Shown here piece after piece: positions 19,974 to 28,373 of a DNA stretch of 64,000 nucleotides; within the stretch, counting starts at the first letter, position 1, and each line of letters starts with the position of its first letter. Source of the stretch: Candidatus Methylomirabilota bacterium (GTDB lineage: Bacteria > Methylomirabilota > Methylomirabilia > Rokubacteriales > DASRDR01). Location: the NCBI GenBank assembly GCA_035550795.1, contig DASZOL010000069.1, positions 3,942 to 67,941 on the forward strand, given 5' to 3'. The translations under genes and the position numbers were made by a program. The notes under the pieces are model-generated. The model saw only the letters and a list, made by a program, of their open reading frames with translations, was not told where the DNA came from and searched no databases.

Positions 19974-21140
19974 TCAGCGCTCCAGCCGGAACGCAAGGAC
20001 GCACGCGCCGGCGAGCAGGACGCTCAGGATGGCGAACATCGGCCCGTAGCCGACCGCGTGCGCCAGGTGACCGAAGCCGGCGGCGCCCGCGGCCTGGCCC
20101 ACCAGGATGAAGGCCATGAACACGCCCATGACGCGGCCGCGCCGCTCCGGCGGCGTCAGGTCCACGACCAGCGCCGTCAAGGCCGGATAGAGGAACCCGT
20201 GCGCGGCCCCGGCGAGGACGCCCGCCAGGGCCAGGAAGGGACCGGCCGCCAGCCCGACGCCCCGCAGCAGGCCGAGACCGGCCAGCAGCACGGTGCCGGC
20301 GGCCTGGAGCACCATCGCCGGGATGATCACGGCCCGCCGGCCCGCGGTGTCCGCAAGGCCGCTGCTCGTCGCTCGCAGGACGAGGGCCGCGCTCGAGTAG
20401 GCCACCGCGAAAACGCCCACCCATCGGACCCCGAGGTCGAGCGCATAGGTCGGAAAGAACGTGAACATCACGCCTTGGCCGAGACCGAAGGCCGCCCCGA
20501 GCGCCAGCGGGAGCCGCGGCGCCCCCGCGATGCCGCGCAGGAGGCCGGGCAGGCCCTCGCCGGCCGCCGGGCGGGGGGCGGGCGGCAGCGCGAGCCGCGC
20601 GGACATCCCGGCGGCCAGGAACGAGAGGGTGGCCGAGGCCAGGAAGAGGCCGCGGAAGCCGGCCGCCTGAACCACCAGCTCCCCGAGGGCCGGACCCACG
20701 GCGCCGGAGATGAGCCCGGAGATCCCGAAGATCCCGAGGGCCTGGCCCCGCCGGTCCGGCGGGGCCAGGTCCACGACCACCGTGAAGTTGGCGATGAAGA
20801 AGATGGAGAAGGCTGCGCCCTGCAAGGCGCGGAGCAATGGAAACCACCCGAGGGCCTCCGGGACGGCCGCGAAGGCCAGCGCCACCGCGCCGGTCAGGAC
20901 GGCCCCGCTCACGAGGAACGCCCGGCGCCCCCCGCGGTCGACCCACGCGCCGACCAGCGGCTGGACGACGATCGCCGACGCGTTGTAGCACGCCATCGTC
21001 AGTCCGAGCTGTCCGTCCGTCGCGCCGAGCTGCCGGAGGTGGAGCGGCAGCAGGACGAAACCCCCGAGCCCGGTGAAGAAGAGGAAGTTCATGGCCGCCG
21101 CGGTCAGGAACGCGGCGGTGAGGATCGTGGAGGAGGGCAT
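19974..21140 (-). CDS. MFS transporter
   Basis: GAWVDRGGRR, DLAPPDRRGQALG, ~12 TM segments. Confidence 0.9.
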   Translation of the reverse strand: MPSSTILTAAFLTAAAMNFLFFTGLGGFVLLPLHLRQLGATDGQLGLTMACYNASAIVVQPLVGAWVDRGGRRAFLVSGAVLTGAVALAFAAVPEALGWFPLLRALQGAAFSIFFIANFTVVVDLAPPDRRGQALGIFGISGLISGAVGPALGELVVQAAGFRGLFLASATLSFLAAGMSARLALPPAPRPAAGEGLPGLLRGIAGAPRLPLALGAAFGLGQGVMFTFFPTYALDLGVRWVGVFAVAYSSAALVLRATSSGLADTAGRRAVIIPAMVLQAAGTVLLAGLGLLRGVGLAAGPFLALAGVLAGAAHGFLYPALTALVVDLTPPERRGRVMGVFMAFILVGQAAGAAGFGHLAHAVGYGPMFAILSVLLAGACVLAFRLER

Positions 21141-21165
21141 CGACGGGCGGCGGGATGCCCGCCCG

Positions 21166-22917
21166 TCAGAGGAGGGTCGGCACGAGCTGGCGGGGCTTGA
21201 CGGCCAGGAGACCGCGCGTCGTCAAGCGCAGCGCGGGGATGGCCGAGAACGTGAGGGTCTGCAGCGTGAGCAGCGGGCGGCCGAGTCCGCAGCCCAGCGC
21301 GCGCAACGCCGCGGTCAGCGCGTCGAGCCCGCCGGCCAGCTCGGGAACGGACGCGGCGGCGGCGACGCCCCCGAGCGGGAGCGGCAGCTCCGCCAGAACG
21401 GCGCCACGGCCATCCACGACGACGAAGCCGCCGCCGAGCTCCACGACCCGCTGCCCGGCGGCCGCGAGCGCCTCGCGCGCCGCGCCGACGATGACCAGGT
21501 CGGCGGTGTCGAACGACAGCGTCGAGGCGACGGCCCCCGCGCGAAGACCGAACCCCTGGACCACCCCCAAGCCGCGGCGCAGCCCCGTCCGCCGGTCGCA
21601 GGCCGCCGCGAGCAGGAGGTCCGACGCCGGATTCGCCAGCACGGCCCCCCCGTGGACGGGGAGCGTGGCCTCCTCCTCGGCCGTCACGATGTCCCCGGCG
21701 ACCCGGATCACGCGCACCCGGGCCCGATCGCCCGCGGCGCGGAGACGGAACGACCCCGGGTCGAGCGGGCCCGGCCGGGGACGGTCGTAGAGTCCCGCGG
21801 GCAGGGGGACCAGGGGACACGGAACCAGGCAGCGGCCGTCGCGGGCGACCAGCCGGCCGCGCGCCACGACCACTTCGGGCCGCACCGTGCGGAGGTCGGG
21901 GAGCACGAGAAAGTCCGCCCAGCGGCCCGGGGCGATGCCCCCGAGCTCGCCATCGAGACCGAAGTGCTCTGCCGCGTTGAGGCTCGCCATCTGGTAGGCC
22001 GTCACCGGCGGGAGGCCGCGGTCGATCGCTCGCTGGACGATGCCGTCCATGTAGCCGCGCTGCAGGAGGTCATTCGGCCAGATTCCGTCGGAGGCCAGGG
22101 CTGCGCGGCGAAGCGACACGTCCGCCTGACGGACGTCGAGGACCGCGTCCAGGTCGCGCCGCACCGAGCCCTCCCGAATCAGGACCCGCATGCCGAGCCG
22201 GAGCCGATCGAGCGCCTCGGCGGCGGTGATCGGCTCGTGGCAGGAATCGATTCCGGCCGCGGCGCACGCCACGAGCCGAGGCCCCCGCGCTCCGGCCGTG
22301 TGGCCATCCACCGTCTTGCCGAGCGCCCGTGCCCGGTCGATCAGCCCGAGCAACCGCTCGGGCTCCGGGAGCAGGCGGTGCCAGTAGACCTCGCCGAGAC
22401 CAAGCACCCGCGGGTCGGCGAGGAGGGCCGCGACCGCGTCCGCGTCCAGGAGCGGCTCATCCGGCCTCGCCTCCGCCGACAGGTAGGAGATCACCGGCGC
22501 AGTGGCGTACGCATGGATCGGCTGGGCGGCGAGCGTGTCGAGGAACCACCGGGCGCCCGGCACGCCGAGCGCGGAGGTCACCTGGACCATCTCCGTGACA
22601 AGCGCGGTGAGACCCCGCGGGATGGCCTCCCGGAGCAGCTCCGGCAGCGCGGTGATGACGTCGAGGTGCGTGTGGCCGTCGAGGAAGCCCGGCACGAGGA
22701 CCCTGCCCCGGACGTCGAGCCGCCGGGTCTCCGGCCCGGCCAGGGCGGAGAGGTCCGGGCCGACCGCCGCGACCCGTCCGTCGAGGACCGCCACGTCCCA
22801 GCGGACGACCTCGCCCGTGTAGACGTTAACCACGTCACCGCCGAAGGCGACCAGGTCCGCCGAGGCCGCGCCCAGCGCCACCCCGAGGAGACGGCGGCGG
22901 TCCACGGCACCCGTCAT
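21166..22917 (-). CDS. ade: Adenine deaminase
   Basis: PGFLDGHTH, LGLGEV, DGH, SCHE, REGS, ASD, GGIAPGRWAD, C-terminal ade domain. Confidence 0.85.
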   Translation of the reverse strand: MTGAVDRRRLLGVALGAASADLVAFGGDVVNVYTGEVVRWDVAVLDGRVAAVGPDLSALAGPETRRLDVRGRVLVPGFLDGHTHLDVITALPELLREAIPRGLTALVTEMVQVTSALGVPGARWFLDTLAAQPIHAYATAPVISYLSAEARPDEPLLDADAVAALLADPRVLGLGEVYWHRLLPEPERLLGLIDRARALGKTVDGHTAGARGPRLVACAAAGIDSCHEPITAAEALDRLRLGMRVLIREGSVRRDLDAVLDVRQADVSLRRAALASDGIWPNDLLQRGYMDGIVQRAIDRGLPPVTAYQMASLNAAEHFGLDGELGGIAPGRWADFLVLPDLRTVRPEVVVARGRLVARDGRCLVPCPLVPLPAGLYDRPRPGPLDPGSFRLRAAGDRARVRVIRVAGDIVTAEEEATLPVHGGAVLANPASDLLLAAACDRRTGLRRGLGVVQGFGLRAGAVASTLSFDTADLVIVGAAREALAAAGQRVVELGGGFVVVDGRGAVLAELPLPLGGVAAAASVPELAGGLDALTAALRALGCGLGRPLLTLQTLTFSAIPALRLTTRGLLAVKPRQLVPTLL

Positions 22918-23501
22918 GCAGCCTCGCCAGGCGGCGTGATCAGGAGCGACCAGCCGCGCCGGGTCGCCCAGGTCCGGAGGAACTCGGCGTAGGAGAGGAT
23001 GCGATACGCCGTCGTCCCGGAGTGGAGGACCACGACCTCGCTCCGGTCGTCATAGCCCAGGAGCACCGCGAAGTGCGGCACCGACACCGGGCCCCGGCCC
23101 AGGTCCTGGAACACGATGAGCGGCCGGCCTCGGCGTAGCTCGGTCTTGGCGCGATCGAGGGTGCCCTCGAATGCCTGGGTCCGGAATCCGCGGCGGCGCG
23201 CCTCGAACTCGAGCTCGAGGTTGAGGACACCGCGGGCCGAGGGCAGGTAGAGGGCGCGCCCGATCTCCTCCGGGTCGGCGGCGGCCCCCCAGAAACGGAG
23301 AACCATGGCGAGCGCCGCCGGACCGCACTGGTAGGCGGCCTGGGGGATGAAGGGGACCGTCGCGATGAGGTGGCCGTGACCTGCGGCGACGTCGGCACGC
23401 ACGGCGTCCAGCGTGGTCTGAGCACATCCGCTTCCGAGGAGACCAGCCAGAAGGAGCGCGAGCCGCGCGCGCCCTCTGAAAGGTTGAAGCGGGCGCCACA
23501 T
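22914..23501 (-). CDS. C39-like (PA2778-type) cysteine peptidase, predicted lipoprotein
   Basis: Lipobox LGSGC; VPFIPQAAYQCGPAAL (Cys); HFAVLLGYD (His); stop overlaps ade start. Confidence 0.85.
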   Translation of the reverse strand: MWRPLQPFRGRARLALLLAGLLGSGCAQTTLDAVRADVAAGHGHLIATVPFIPQAAYQCGPAALAMVLRFWGAAADPEEIGRALYLPSARGVLNLELEFEARRRGFRTQAFEGTLDRAKTELRRGRPLIVFQDLGRGPVSVPHFAVLLGYDDRSEVVVLHSGTTAYRILSYAEFLRTWATRRGWSLLITPPGEAA

Positions 23502-23517
23502 CGCGTTTACTATACCA
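23484..23517. promoter_or_regulatory. Overlapping bidirectional promoter
   Basis: + strand TTGAAG-18-TACTAT; - strand TG-G-TATAGT ending 7 nt before ATG 23501. Confidence 0.55.
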
Positions 23518-23528
23518 TTCAACGCGAC

Positions 23529-23645
23529 ATGGCCCAGGACGCGCCGGTGCACCGCTGCTGGGTCTGCGGGGCGATCATGCGCGAGATCAAGTGCAAGATC
23601 GTCTGCCCGCATTGCGGGTATACGCGCGACTGCTCGGATCCCTGA
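23529..23645 (+). CDS. 38-aa Cys-rich zinc-ribbon microprotein
   Basis: MAQDAPVHRCWVCGAIMREIKCKIVCPHCGYTRDCSDP; CxxC...CxxC. Confidence 0.75.
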   Translation: MAQDAPVHRCWVCGAIMREIKCKIVCPHCGYTRDCSDP

Positions 23646-23661
23646 GCGCCGCGCGCCGGTC

Positions 23662-24531
23662 GTGACGATCGACGAGGCACTTCGCCAGGCGTCCGCCGAC
23701 GCCGCGCGCGGCGTCGTGACCGTACCCGCGAACCTCCACGGCTTCCCCGGCACTGCGCACGGCGGCGCGGTGGCCGCGGTGTTTCACCGCCTCACGCTGC
23801 CGCGCCCGCCGGTGGAGCTGCACGTCGAGCTGCTTCGCGGCGTGCCCACCGCCACGCCCCTCGGACTCCGCACGGGTAGCACCGGGGCGACTGCGCGACT
23901 GGCGCTGACCCAGCGCGAGCGCCCGCTGGCGGAGGCGACGCTCCGTCGCGAGGGGCTGGCCCAGCCGGATGTCTCCGGGCTGCGGGCCGGGTGGGCGGCG
24001 GACCACGACGCCCGGGCCGAGGTGCCCGGGACCGAGACCTGTCTCGCGTGCGGCTCCGCAAACCCGCTCGGCCTCGGCGTCCGCTTCCTGGTGAACGATG
24101 GGTTCCTCTGGCGCGAGTGTCTCCCGCCCCCGGCCTACCGGACGCGGGGAGGCACGCATCCAGCCCTCGCGCTCGTCCTCCTGGACGAGCTCGGCTGGTG
24201 GCTCGGCGCGCTCACGCAGAAGGAGTGCGGCGTGACCACCGACCTTCGCGTCACGCTCTTCGACTCGCTGCCCCTCGCGCCCCTCCTTGTCGTCGGTGAC
24301 CGCACGGCGGTCGGGCGCGACGACGACCCCCGGGGCCGGTACAGCCGGACCGCCGGGGCGCTTCTCGGTCCGGACGGCACACTCCTCGCGAGTGCGGAGA
24401 TCCGCTTCGCGGGGAGCCGCGCGTACACCCGGCGGCTCGTGGAGCCCTTTCTCACCAGGACGCCCCTCGACGAGCTGGCCCGCTGGTTCCCCAGTGCCCG
24501 GGATCTCGCCGCCCCGGAGTCCGGCGGCTGA
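23662..24531 (+). CDS. Tandem hotdog-fold (PaaI-like) thioesterase
   Basis: GTAHGG motif in domain 1; CLACGSANPLGL and LDE in domain 2. Confidence 0.7.
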   Translation: MTIDEALRQASADAARGVVTVPANLHGFPGTAHGGAVAAVFHRLTLPRPPVELHVELLRGVPTATPLGLRTGSTGATARLALTQRERPLAEATLRREGLAQPDVSGLRAGWAADHDARAEVPGTETCLACGSANPLGLGVRFLVNDGFLWRECLPPPAYRTRGGTHPALALVLLDELGWWLGALTQKECGVTTDLRVTLFDSLPLAPLLVVGDRTAVGRDDDPRGRYSRTAGALLGPDGTLLASAEIRFAGSRAYTRRLVEPFLTRTPLDELARWFPSARDLAAPESGG

Positions 24532-24554
24532 CGCCCGCCGCACGCGATTTCCGC

Positions 24555-24583
24555 TTGCAAAGGCCCGCATTCGTGGCGAAAAT
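24555..24583 (+). promoter_or_regulatory. Promoter TTGCAA-17-GAAAAT
   Basis: Exact 17-nt spacing; implies start at GTG 24606 (GGAG upstream). Confidence 0.5.
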
Positions 24584-24605
24584 GGTCGTCGAGTGGCTGG
24601 AGCCC

Positions 24606-25040
24606 GTGAAGAACATCATCGTCTACAGTCGTGAGCTAAAGGCGCAGAATCTTTACCCAAGACGCATTATTTCCCCCCCAGCGCCAAACAAGTGTTGCCC
24701 CGGCCGGATGGAAGTCCTTGGCCGGCCGCGGCTTGATGAGCAGGATCGGCGTTTCTCATACAAGCGGTGCAAGGTCTGCGGCTTTGCGCTCCGTCACTTC
24801 CTGGACCCCGTGGGTACCATCCTGACCCCGGCCTCACACGACCCTAAGGCGCGTAAGCCTTTGCCGGCGAAGGACAATCGACCGATCGGCTCAGTGCCGT
24901 CTCCGGACCGTGGCCTGCAGCTGGCGGCACCCGCGAGGAAGTCTGGGGCGGCCGCGCGCCACCCGGCGCGGCCAGCGCCGGTCCGGCGGCCGCACCCGGT
25001 CGGGGTCGATCGAAAGGGCGCGGGGCGTCGGCGGCGCTAA
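24606..25040 (+). CDS. Hypothetical protein with CC...CxxC putative Zn site and basic disordered tail
   Basis: NKCCPGRM...YKRCKVCGF; own promoter; start could also be ATG 24582. Confidence 0.65.
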   Translation: MKNIIVYSRELKAQNLYPRRIISPPAPNKCCPGRMEVLGRPRLDEQDRRFSYKRCKVCGFALRHFLDPVGTILTPASHDPKARKPLPAKDNRPIGSVPSPDRGLQLAAPARKSGAAARHPARPAPVRRPHPVGVDRKGAGRRRR

Positions 25041-25139
25041 GAGCCGCCCTGGGTCGCAAGGCCCCTTCCCCCTTCAGCTCGCGCCGGTGGCGACGGGCCC
25101 GTCAATTCATCCTTTGAAGCTCACCTGGAGTGATTCCGC

Positions 25140-27665
25140 ATGGACAGGGTTGTCACGTGGCCGCTTTGGTCCGCCGAGCAGATCGTCGAGGCGCTCCCTG
25201 ATCTTGTCGCCGTGGTCGAGATCCACCTGCCGGACCTCCCCCTCGAGCACCTCGAGAAGAACCGCGCCGCCGTCGAGGTCCTGAAGGGCGACATTCCCGG
25301 AACCGCCCAGGTCCGGGACGGCTCCCGCAGCGGGGACCTGACCACCCTGGGCTTCGCGCTGGACGTGCTCGGGCGGCGCGCCGCGCGGGATGGCGACCTC
25401 GGGGAAGCGCTCCGCCTCTTCCAGGCGGCCCACGAGCTCTTCCGGCGCGGCAATCCCCTGATGCGCGCCACCCGCCCGATGCGCCAGACCCTCGGGAATG
25501 CGGTTCGCGCGCTTCTCGTCGATCAGGTCTCCCGGTGCCAGCGCGGGGACACCGACGTGCGCGCGGTCCGCGCCGCCGTCACGGCGTTCGTCAGCTCGGC
25601 CTGGGGCACGGTGCCGACGCAGGTGGCGCTCGCCGTGGACGAGATGATCCTGATCGAGCTCGAGCGAGCGCGCCTGGCCGCCGAGAACGACCCGGCGCTG
25701 CGCGACCACCTGGTCCAGGCCAACGTGGAGGCCGTGCTCGAACTGGAGGTGCCCACGCGCCTCCAGCGCATCCGCCGGGACTGGGAGGACATCGGCGAGC
25801 GGGTCGCGCCCGCGGCGGTGCGACGCGCGCAGCGCGCCCTCCGCCGGGCCGAGCCCCTTTCCACCCTTGTCCCGCCGGCTATCTGGGAAGAGATCCGCCA
25901 GGCGGTCGAGCGAGGCGACACCGAGGCCCTCGGGCAGGCGCTGGCCGACGTGCGGGACGAGCTGGAAGGCAACCTCCGGCTCCGGCTCGACGCGAAGCCC
26001 GAGCACCGCGAGCCGGTCTCGGAGCTGCGCGTCGTGGGCGCCCCGGACCCCGCGTTTCTCCACGCCCGAGAGCTCCTGCTCCGGCGTGATCCCGGGGCGC
26101 TGGCCGAGTTCGCCGACCTGCACTATCGCCGCAGCACGAACACCATCGCCAAGGAGTGGTACGCGTACGCGCTGACCCTGTTCGGTCAGGCAACCGACAT
26201 CCACGACGTCATCGAGCTGCTCGAGGCCGCGATCGCGTCCGACCGCTTCCACGAGCATCGCGGCTGGACCGCGCGCTGGAACCTCGCTTGTGCGCTCCGG
26301 CGCCTGCCCTCGCGCGCGGACGAGGCGCTGGACGTCCTGCTGCCGGTGCTCGACCTCGACGCGCATCCCGTGGAGGTCTTCGAGCTGTGCCTGCTCTGGG
26401 CGATCGAGCAGGGCCGCCAGGACACGCTAGGAATCCTCTGCCTTCGCGCCCGCCACTACGAAGCGCACCTGCTCGCCGCGCTCCAGGACGCCGAGACGGC
26501 AGGAAACGCCGTTACGCCCGGGCGGTTTCGCGACCACTTCCGGCGGATCAACCGGATCCTCCGGGATCCAGACCGCGTCTTCCCGGATCCACGGGAGCGC
26601 CTGCTCTTCGAGGAGTTCGACCAGCTGACGCGGGAGTTCATCGAGACGTCGCTCGTCGCCGCGGGCGTCGAGTGGTTCCGGCAGCGTGTGGCGGCGGGGC
26701 CCGAGGCCGGCGTCTTCAAGAACTGGGAATGCGCGGCCACGCTCAACGAGGAAGCCGGAGATCTCGCCGCCAGCTGGCGGTGCCGCCTTCACAGCTGGCG
26801 GGTCACCCAGCACCGGCGGAACGTCCACCCGCGGAAGAAGGCCCAGCTCCTGCGCGCCCTGCTCGGCTGGGCCCAGCGCCATGGATTCCAGGAGGACGCG
26901 CTCCGGGTTTTCCGGCAGAGCTGGCGGGAGACCAGCTTCTCGGAGGGGGACGCGCGCCTGTGGGCGGAGCGGCTCGGCGCCCCGATTGCCGACGCCGCGG
27001 AGGCGGCGATGGAGGAGGAAGACGAGTCAGCGGCAGCCGGGCCTGGGACGCCCCCGGCGGTGGTCGCGTCTCAGCGCGAGGCGCCCGGCGGCGGCCGGCC
27101 GCGACCCGCGGATCCGTCGGTCCGCCGTCCGGCGCTTGCCCTGATGCTTGACTGGGAGAACGTGAAGGTCAGCCTCGCCCGCCACCTCGATGAGCTCCCG
27201 GCGGCTCGCACGCAGGCACTGCGCGCCCGGCTGAACGGCGTCGAGCTGGCCTCCCGGCTCCTCAACGCCGCCTGGCGACACGGCCTCCCTCGGCAGCGGT
27301 GGGCCGTCGCCGATTGGGACCGCGCCTTCTTCGAGGGCGATCAGAAGGCCGTGCGGAACGCGCGCTTTTCGACCGACATCGCCGGTGGCGACAAGGCCAA
27401 CGCGTCCGATCATGTGCTGCGCGAGAAGATCCATTCCGTCCTGCGCGAGCACCCGGAGATCCCCGTGTACGTGATCGGTACCGGGGACGGCGACTTCCAC
27501 GAGGTCGTCAAGACGCTCCGGCTGCAGGGGAAGCAGGTCATCCTCTGGGCGACGCGACGCTCGGTGAGCGAGAGCTACGGGGGCAGCCTCCAGGGGCCTG
27601 GCCGGATCCGGATCGAGTGGCTGGAAGACCTGGTCTTCGGCGAGGTGGGGGCCGACGCCAGGTGA
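25140..27665 (+). CDS. Large helical/TPR-like protein with C-terminal NYN (PIN-like) domain
   Basis: LMLDWENV, ASD, VIGTGDGDFHEVV..LRLQGKQV; TPR-like helices such as ARWNLACALRRL...DEAL. Confidence 0.8.
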   Translation: MDRVVTWPLWSAEQIVEALPDLVAVVEIHLPDLPLEHLEKNRAAVEVLKGDIPGTAQVRDGSRSGDLTTLGFALDVLGRRAARDGDLGEALRLFQAAHELFRRGNPLMRATRPMRQTLGNAVRALLVDQVSRCQRGDTDVRAVRAAVTAFVSSAWGTVPTQVALAVDEMILIELERARLAAENDPALRDHLVQANVEAVLELEVPTRLQRIRRDWEDIGERVAPAAVRRAQRALRRAEPLSTLVPPAIWEEIRQAVERGDTEALGQALADVRDELEGNLRLRLDAKPEHREPVSELRVVGAPDPAFLHARELLLRRDPGALAEFADLHYRRSTNTIAKEWYAYALTLFGQATDIHDVIELLEAAIASDRFHEHRGWTARWNLACALRRLPSRADEALDVLLPVLDLDAHPVEVFELCLLWAIEQGRQDTLGILCLRARHYEAHLLAALQDAETAGNAVTPGRFRDHFRRINRILRDPDRVFPDPRERLLFEEFDQLTREFIETSLVAAGVEWFRQRVAAGPEAGVFKNWECAATLNEEAGDLAASWRCRLHSWRVTQHRRNVHPRKKAQLLRALLGWAQRHGFQEDALRVFRQSWRETSFSEGDARLWAERLGAPIADAAEAAMEEEDESAAAGPGTPPAVVASQREAPGGGRPRPADPSVRRPALALMLDWENVKVSLARHLDELPAARTQALRARLNGVELASRLLNAAWRHGLPRQRWAVADWDRAFFEGDQKAVRNARFSTDIAGGDKANASDHVLREKIHSVLREHPEIPVYVIGTGDGDFHEVVKTLRLQGKQVILWATRRSVSESYGGSLQGPGRIRIEWLEDLVFGEVGADAR

Positions 27666-27690
27666 GCCGGGGCCGGGGCGGCGCCGTGAC

Positions 27691-28155
27691 TCAGGCGGAC
27701 GCGCGGAACCGCCGGAGGATGGCCTCGAGCTCCTCTCCGGCGCGGTGCCGGTCGCGCATCACGACCTCGTGACGCTCCTGCACCTCGACGAGCTCACGGG
27801 CCAGGCGCTCTCGCTCCCGGGTCAGAGCCTCGTGGCTCCCCCGGAGCGACGCGAGCGCGCGCTGAGACTCCTCGCGCTGCTGGAGGAGGCGCTCGTACTC
27901 GCGCGTCAAGCTGTCGTGGCTCGCCCGAAGGGACGCGAGCGCGTCCCGGACCTCTTCGTGCTCGTGGCCGAGCCGCTCGTGCGTCGCGCGTAGCTCGCCG
28001 AGCTCCCACGCGAGGCGGTCCGCTGTCTGACGGTACTCGTCGTGCTCTCGGGCCAAGGCTTCGACGTTGGACACGAAGCCGTCCCAGTCCAAGACGATCT
28101 GCCGAACGGCCTCGACGACCGACCGCAACTCGCCGAACTTGACCTCGGCCATCAC
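27691..28155 (-). CDS. Coiled-coil hypothetical protein
   Basis: Heptad periodicity; internal 28-aa repeat; SD GGGAGG. Confidence 0.75.
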   Translation of the reverse strand: MMAEVKFGELRSVVEAVRQIVLDWDGFVSNVEALAREHDEYRQTADRLAWELGELRATHERLGHEHEEVRDALASLRASHDSLTREYERLLQQREESQRALASLRGSHEALTRERERLARELVEVQERHEVVMRDRHRAGEELEAILRRFRASA

Positions 28156-28196
28156 ACGTCCCTCCCTGCCCCGGATCAGCCGCGCGGGGGAGCCTC

Positions 28197-28226
28197 ACGA
28201 TAGCCCAGCGTCTTGCCCGACCGCAA
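28197..28226 (-). promoter_or_regulatory. Promoter TTGCGG-18-TATCGT for the coiled-coil gene
   Basis: Consensus-like hexamers ~40 nt before start. Confidence 0.5.
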
Positions 28227-28310
28227 GGCTCGACTGCCCTCCGGACCACCACCAAACAGATGAGGAGTCGGCCCGGTCTAGGTGCCGGCCGGCGAGGGGT
28301 GATGCGGGCC

Positions 28311-28339
28311 TTGACGCCATCGGGCAAGCCGCCTACCGT
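28311..28339 (+). promoter_or_regulatory. Promoter TTGACG-17-TACCGT for the CusF-fold gene
   Basis: Near-consensus, exact 17-nt spacer. Confidence 0.6.
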
Positions 28340-28373
28340 CTGCCTACCCCGCTTGCGATCGGAGGGCCCTCGG

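Noticed and set aside
22914-23645. C39-like peptidase plus Cys-rich peptide as a RiPP/bacteriocin locus
   Set aside because: The peptide has no double-Gly leader, the peptidase is a stand-alone lipoprotein, and there is no modifying enzyme or peptidase-ABC exporter.
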